Positions 56,875 to 64,000 of a stretch of 64,000 nucleotides of DNA are shown piece by piece. The position numbers and the translations under genes are program-made. Under the pieces are notes generated by a model. The model was given only the letters and a program-made list of their open reading frames with translations. It did not search any database and was not told the DNA's origin. Source of the stretch: Chrysomallon squamiferum (taxonomy: Eukaryota; Animalia; Mollusca); assembly GCA_012295275.1 (NCBI GenBank), contig CM022677.1:22878001-22942000 (forward strand), given 5' to 3'. Every line of letters begins with the position of its first letter. Within the stretch, counting starts at the first letter, position 1.

Positions 56875-58689
56875 TAACAATAACAATAATAATAATAATA
56901 ATGAACTAAATATTATGAAGTATTACTACAAACACTGACTATACCAAGACGAAGAAGAAAAAGAAATGGTTAAGTACTTGGACACGGCAAATGACATTTT
57001 CCTATGACAACTTCTATGTCACTCTGAGGACAGTAAGATCCTCCGTGTAGAGGACGTGGGTTGTTGCAGAATCTCGAGTAAATTGTGTTTTCTGTTCCAT
57101 TTCCACATGTCACACTGCAGTGTCCCACCTCCAGCAGCGTCCACGACCCCCACCCTCCATCCACTGTGTATACACATACATACATACATATATATATAAT
57201 TATTATCTTACTGATCCTACAACAACAACTAGTATTAGGGTTTCCTATTTCCATCAAAGTCCACTATGTGTAATAAATAGATAAATAAATAAATAAATAT
57301 ATAAATATATATATATATAATATATCCTTTAATACCACTACTAGTATTACAGCTCCAACAACTATTACTACTACTGTAACTATTAGTCTACTATTATAAC
57401 TACAATTTCTGCAAATACTATTTCTGTTACTATAACTACCACATATTGCTACTAGTACTAAAACTATCTGTATTATTACTGTTAGTAATGCTATTGTAAT
57501 TTTCTAATACTGTCACTACTCTGTCTCTACTGTTACAGTTACTATGACTACCAACTAAAGCCATTGTAACTACATTTACTACAGCTGTCACTTCTAGTAT
57601 TATTCTACTACCATTACTACTACTAAATTTACTATTACTGCAAATACTACTTCTACAAGCACCAAGTACTGCTCCTAGACTGCTTCTGCTATCTCCTATT
57701 TCTACAACTACTAATGTTACAGATTTAGAATGAAGATATAAATATATCCCTAGAGTTTGGGGTCAAGTCTCCATATTTTGAATAACAACATGACAGAAGA
57801 TAATATATAAAAATCAAACCTATCTTTTCCCATCTGATACTTTAAAATAAACAAAACCATTTGAAATCATGTACTTTTTCTAAAAATGCTGCAGGCTGGT
57901 TTTTGGTTTAAACTTGCCAGTTATTATATGAAAACTACCAAGTTGTTGCAAGACAATTGATACACAGGTCTATCTTCAGTGGCTGTGTAAAATTTTAAAT
58001 GGTCTAACAAAGTTTTAATATACATATACAGCTACTTCTGAAGTAACAGAATAATACCTGGGCACTTTTGTTTTGCAAAACATTTCTCATAAAATATCAT
58101 GTACGTTGCACCCAAACACTCCAGTATACCATGCACAGGTTTCAGACTTTTGCATTCCCTGCTTAGAGTTACCTCCCTCTTTCCAGGACCTTCACATGAA
58201 ATTGAGCATTTACTTTCACTGACCCTCGCCCAAGAACTCCAGAAACCATCTGTTGAAACATAACACTATTAATAATAATAATAATAATCATAATCAAAAT
58301 AATAATGATAATAATAACAATAATAATAATGACAATGATGATAATGGTGATAATAATTAAAATGGCATTTCAAGATGCTGAGAAGCAAACTGTTTTATGT
58401 AAACAGAATTTATCATCTTCCAGAAGATAGCTGATGTCCCAGTTATTAAATGAAACAATAAACAATTTCAGTTATAATCACTCCTGTGACAATTTGCAAC
58501 AATAATAGCAGTTTATAACAAGCACAGAAATAGTGCAAGAAATATATTCTTACTACAATTAAACATAATATTATTTTTAAGTAGTACAAGTGTAATAACA
58601 AAATTACTTTAGTGGCTTCTGTTTTTGTTAATTATTTACCTAGTTACATATAACATATATATGAATCATTCAAGTACAGGACTATTACT

Positions 58690-58723
<34 letters not shown>

Positions 58724-58831
58724 ATTGTACTAATAACAACAACAACAACAAATCTTACTGGTTTTTGGAATGTTCAAACGGAATGAACCTGCTTTTGTGA
58801 TCAACAGACAAACATATAATATAAACTTCAT
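55859..58831 (-). CDS. Single-pass membrane protein with two thrombospondin type-1 repeats (212 aa)
   Basis: Exons (minus): 58831-58759 signal (MKFILYVCLLITKAGSFRLNIPKT). TSR exons 58249-58058 (GFWSSW...CSISCEGPG) and 57163-56978 (VDGGWGSW...CSVTCGNG). TM exon 56441-56339 (103 nt, same size as in the 5-TSR gene). Tail 55943-55859 (RHRITQRSDQTTMTGHDNPTLIVTPEHV*). 639-nt open frame. Confidence 0.92.
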
Positions 58832-59046
58832 GTGTTCTCTCTCTGAAATGATGAAAATAATAAATATATATTTATTTTTAAAATGATTTCATCCTCATGA
58901 TCATCATAATTATTTTTTAATGCCATTATTAGAGAAAAAAAAATATATATATAGCAAGGATCTGTAAGAGTTATCATAAAAGTTGATAATTAAAAAGGGT
59001 TAATGAAAGTTAATAGAGATGAAGAAAATAAATTTACAGAAAGGAG

Positions 59047-59095
<49 letters not shown>

Positions 59096-59324
59096 TAACA
59101 ATAAAAAGAACCTAAATAAATGTTTAAAATTGTAATGTTTCATTTTTTCTGTAACAAAAATATTTGAAAATACCATCTAATATTGCAGATTTGTTTTATA
59201 AATCTTTAAAAAAATAAATAAATTTAAAAAAAAAAAATAATAAAAAATAATAATAATACAAATAAAATAATAATAATCTTTTTAATCTATTTCTTTAATC
59301 TGAAATTATTTAATAAATGGATGT

Positions 59325-59500
59325 GTACTTACACTTTTACAATAACCAAATTTAACCATATTAAATGTAAATAATGATCAGCTTCTTTCCGCGATCGCGT
59401 ATGGTCCTCTGTATTTCCGGTGTGGTTGATTTATGTGTATTTATCTGTTGTGGTTGCTTCCCTTTCATATCTTCGACGCTGTTAAAAGTTGACAGGAGAG
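59325..59500. promoter_or_regulatory. CpG-rich putative promoter and non-coding first exon of the 2-TSR gene, possibly bidirectional
   Basis: Minus-strand GTAAGT donor at about 59325-59330, palindrome CGCGATCGCG at about 59390, and ETS-like TTTCCGG at about 59414. DNA to the right is CpG-poor. Confidence 0.4.
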
Positions 59501-59749
59501 ATGTTATGACTGATTTTACCTTCTTCTTTTCTTTTTATTATTATTATTATTATTTTAGTTAATTAATTAATTAATTTATTAATTTATTAATTTATTTATT
59601 ATTAATTTATTTATTTTATTTTATTTTATTTACTCTTTTTTTTTTCACAATATGTTCGTAGCAAAATAAATACATCGAATAAATGTTACACATTTAATAT
59701 TGTTAGAGAGAAATAAATGTCCAATGATTGGGTGATGATAAATTAAAAA

Positions 59750-59799
<50 letters not shown>

Positions 59800-62700
59800 T
59801 AAGTATGGTACTGAGAATTACTGTAACATCTAAAAAAACAAAAATTACTATAAAAGAAGAATATAAAAGGAACAACATTTTTTTAAAAATAATAACAATA
59901 GCAACACTACCACCAGCAATAAATATAATGTATTTATATATTTATTCATTATTTAATTTATTTTACTTTTATTTTTTATTTCTATGTATATCTGAATGTG
60001 TGTGGAAGTTGCAATTCTCTGATATAGCTTTCTAATTTTGGATTAAAAATAGCTATAAGATCATTATTAGCTTTTATTTATTTTCACATGTTAATAGACT
60101 CACTAACTTCATGATGGCTGATGATTCAGCTTAACATATTGGTAATTGTAGGAAATTAAATTTCTAAACTTACTACTCTTAATTTGTATTAAATTTCTTT
60201 CTTTCAAAACAAAAACCTGAAGACAATGGAAAGTTTATTGTACTGTGGTGAACAGTCCCCCAGAACTGAATGTTACATGTCACACCCTAGATCAGTTAGT
60301 AAAAACAGAGATATCCTGTACACACACCAGATATATCCTAAACACATACTAGAGACATCCTAAACACATACCAGAGACATCCTAAACACATACCAGAGGT
60401 TTTATAAGTAACTGGAAATGCAACATAATTTAAAATGATGTCATTTGCATGAGATTCTCTAGAAAACTGCAGCAAGGATGACAAACATTATGCTTATGTA
60501 GAGTTTTAAAAGTTTTACAAATCTTTCACACTCCTAATGAACACAGTAATCAACTTTCTTTCACATTGAGATCAGTGCCAAGGCTAAACTGGCACAAACA
60601 TCTCTCGACAGATGATAAATGAGGTCTACATGATTTGATATCTTTCTGTAAGCCAATACAACTTGCTATCAAGCTGGGAACTAATTCAGATGCCCAAGTC
60701 TACAAAACCAAAGTCATTGTTGCAAAAAACACTTTGTTACTCTACCATGACAGATGATAAATAAAAAAAATTATTTAGAAGTCCAGACATTATTTATACA
60801 TACTGATGATACAAATATACAAATATAAATACATTTTCTGACATGTTTTTATTTATTACCCAAACAGTTCAGATAACTAACTACTGTTTCTCCAGACTCT
60901 TCTTTTCTTTGTCACTTTATACAAATGACAAAATTTACACACTGATAATTTGTGCATAAGATACAAAACCTTGAGAATAATTTTACTGAAATATCTTGTG
61001 TAATGAATGAAGACTAGCAATAATATCAAAGACTAAGTTATTTATATTATTTTTAAGTTAATAATGATTTTCATACAAAACATGTACTTTGGAGAAAAAT
61101 GGACACCTCCCCCAGCAGATTACAGTACTACTACTTATTATAAAACCTACTGTGGATGTTACACATTTAAATATATATAATAATACTGATAATTACAATA
61201 ATACTCATGACTAATAATAAGCCTCTGATTCTGCTTGTGACTAACACTTACATGAAAATATTTACTGATCTGATTTGTGATCAGTATCACAACACACACT
61301 GGAAACATTGACCTTCACCTGCAATCTGTTCAAGCAAATGAATGTGCATGTTTAAACATGAAAATGTTTGATATGTAAGAATCTTTTAATAATCATATAA
61401 GAACCTATGATGTAATTTGACTGTTTATAAATTAATTCAATATGTATACAGATACATAACATTACTGTTTATCACAGACATTAAACTGCACTGTGGATAT
61501 ATAAAACATTATATTTTAACCTATGTTAACAACTGTTAAACTGTGTGTGACATGTAACCTGTATCAGTTCTGTATTAGCCACTCTGAGGTGGGGGTGTCA
61601 TCACTCACCAGGTGACTCACTGTGGCTGCTTTTAAAGTACAAACACTTTTAATTTCGAATAATTTAAGTTATTAATCATTCATTTACTGTATTTTAACTA
61701 ATTTTTTAAAACAAAAATCGAAAATTATATTTGTTGGCCACTCTGATACAACTTATATTTTGAAACAAACTGAAATATTAAAATAGAATTTATAGATGAA
61801 AACTTTGAATGTTCAGTAAACTATTAAAACAAATGCTCAGTGAAATGTCACATCTTGGTACACAGCAGATGATGTGTCATGTGATTTTTCTTCAGTTGGA
61901 TGTTTAGCTAACGTGTTGGTCTCTTTTCCTAGGTTGCGTATTTGTTTAATCTCTTTTTTCATTGGATGTAGAATAGATATAGTCTATAAGTGGTGTGAAC
62001 TCTGTTCATCTCTTTCCCTGTGGAAAATTATTATAGTGAGGTACGTGTAAGTTTATATACTGTGCTGATGTATTTACCTCTGGATGTTTTTGACAGAAAA
62101 TACAATATAGAGTCTGTACGTGTGTATATTATATTAATCTCTTTTCCTTTGGATATGTAATATAATCTGTGTAATGCATTTAAACTCTTTTAAGTATTAA
62201 TCTTTTTTCACTGGATGTATATAATCTTTGCATGTGATTTCTCCAATGTATTAATTTCATTTCCTTTAGATGTAATCTGTGTGTATGTCAGTGTGTTTAT
62301 ATGTATCAGGCAAATATGTGTATAAGTGTGTGTGTTTGCTTGTGGGTCTGTTTGCCTATTCATCTGTATAATGCAAAGATGATTCTTCTGTGTATCAGTG
62401 TTTCTGTGCAAGATATAGATCTAGTACTTATCTGTGTCATGCTGATCTATGTTTCTGTGTGTAAGGCATAGAAAATGCTTATATCTTCTGAGTATGTGTA
62501 TCTTTGTAAGGCTTATGTGTTTGCTTCTATCATATATAAGGTATAGATAAGTGTTTTTGATTTGATCTGGTATTTCTCTGAATCAGTGTGTGCGTGTGTG
62601 TATGTAAGGCATGGATCAGTGTGTTTGTTAGTATCAGACAGGGCTTTGTGTTTGTGTTTTTGTAAAATGAGTATATCAGTGTATATTTGTTTCTTGTTTC

Positions 62701-62954
62701 AGGCATGTCACTGAGGTCAGAAAATTTGCTTTTATCAGGTATTTCTTAGCGTGTCTGTGTAATGAGTATATCAGTTTGTTTGCATGTATCTGTGTATCTT
62801 CTGTATAAAGTGTGTACGTCCATATTTATGCTTGTATCATTTTGTCTGTCTGTGAATCAAATGTGTTTGTGTGTAGGTTTGTGTGTTTGTGTGTATCATG
62901 CTGGTCTGTGTATCTGTTTGGTTGTAAAATATAGGCTGTGTTTCAGTAAGATTC

Positions 62955-63340
62955 CTATAAAATAAATATTTATAAAATATATTTCTATAAAATATTTATC
63001 TATAAAATATATTCTATAAAATATATATCTATTAAATATATATCTATAAAATACATTTCTATAAAATATTATATCTATAAAATATATATCTATAAAATAT
63101 ATATCTATAAAATACATTTCTATAAAATATTATATCTATAAAATATATTTCTATAAGATATATCTATAAAATATATATCTATAAAATACATTTCTATAAA
63201 ATATTATATCTATAAAATATATTTCTATAAGATATATATCTATAAAATATATATCTATAAAATACATTTCTATAAAATACATATCTATAAAATACATTTC
63301 TATAAAATACATATCTATAAAATATATTTCTATAAAATAT
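62955..63340. repeat. 15-16-bp AT-rich minisatellite
   Basis: CTATAAAATA(T/C)AT(A/T)T repeated about 25 times. Confidence 0.95.
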
Positions 63341-64000
63341 GTGCATCACATAGTTAAGTATATTAGTGTTTGTTCTTTCTGAATTTAATACATGTCTTTA
63401 AAGTGGGAGTTTTTGGTATAATGTGTTGATCTTCTTGACCTTGGATTATAGTAGAGTTTGTATGGGTAAGTTTATTTTTGAAATGTGTTGACCTACTCTG
63501 GGTATGCAGTATTATTTTGTATGAGAATGTTTATTTATGTAAACTGTTTTTTTCTGAATTTATAATGTAATCTTGGATAATGCAAGTTTGTTTATTTCAT
63601 TTTTGTGTATTTCAGTTAGCAATGAGTGTATCTGAACATATTCTTACTTATATTCTTGTTTATATCTGTGTTACCTGTATGTATCTACTTCTGTCTCACT
63701 GTCTCTATAAGGTGTAGACTATTGTGTTGGTAGAATTGTGTTTTGCTCTGTAACAGACATGTGTCTTCCAATGTTGTGTCTGTGTACTGTGTACTGCAGG
63801 TCTGTGAGTCAGTGTGTTATTTCTCTCTTTTCAGTGTTTGCTTGCAATTTTCTATATCTCTGTTTATCATGTAAGGTGTATAAAGAGTGTGTCTGCTTGT
63901 ATTAAATATGTTTATCTATCTGTGTGAGGTGTATAATGCTGTGCTGAGTATCAGTAAATTTGTATAAGATTAGCATGTCTGCTTTTATCTGATAGCTCTG

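Noticed and set aside
57819-57983. Possible extra TSR exon in intron 2 of the 2-TSR gene
   Set aside because: It has AG and GT-like ends but in-frame stops and no WxxW or intact cysteine pattern. The gene frame is complete without it.

Overview
Very AT-rich, microsatellite-dense eukaryotic DNA with GT-AG introns, from an invertebrate animal (plausibly a mollusc; this is inference from composition and gene types). Most of the supplied ORF track is microsatellite noise. Manual splicing gives four frame-consistent genes, all on the minus strand. Two are tandem TNF-receptor-superfamily paralogs (4996-6721, 19326-20645). Each has a signal peptide, cysteine-rich domains, a 13-aa stalk mini-exon (3 copies vs 1) and a short hydrophobic C-terminus with no cytoplasmic domain, so they look like GPI-anchored decoy receptors. 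The other two are single-pass thrombospondin type-1 repeat (TSR) genes (5 TSR, 49269-53349; 2 TSR, 55859-58831). They lie beside a pseudogenised third copy (46810-48026), and all three share an NPx-hydrophobic tail motif. Between the TNFR copies is a frameshifted, intronless, virus-like ORF flanked by TATAAAGCTTTATA-type palindromes. The 26.4-45.7 kb interval is CpG-poor, bounded by CpG-rich patches, and holds two convergent multi-exon units with no long ORF. The + strand unit links exon-like blocks resembling decayed Mutator transposase and possibly Ty3/gypsy fragments. Several minisatellites and a mosaic of local inverted repeats are also present. All family assignments are by-eye motif recognition, not database searches.
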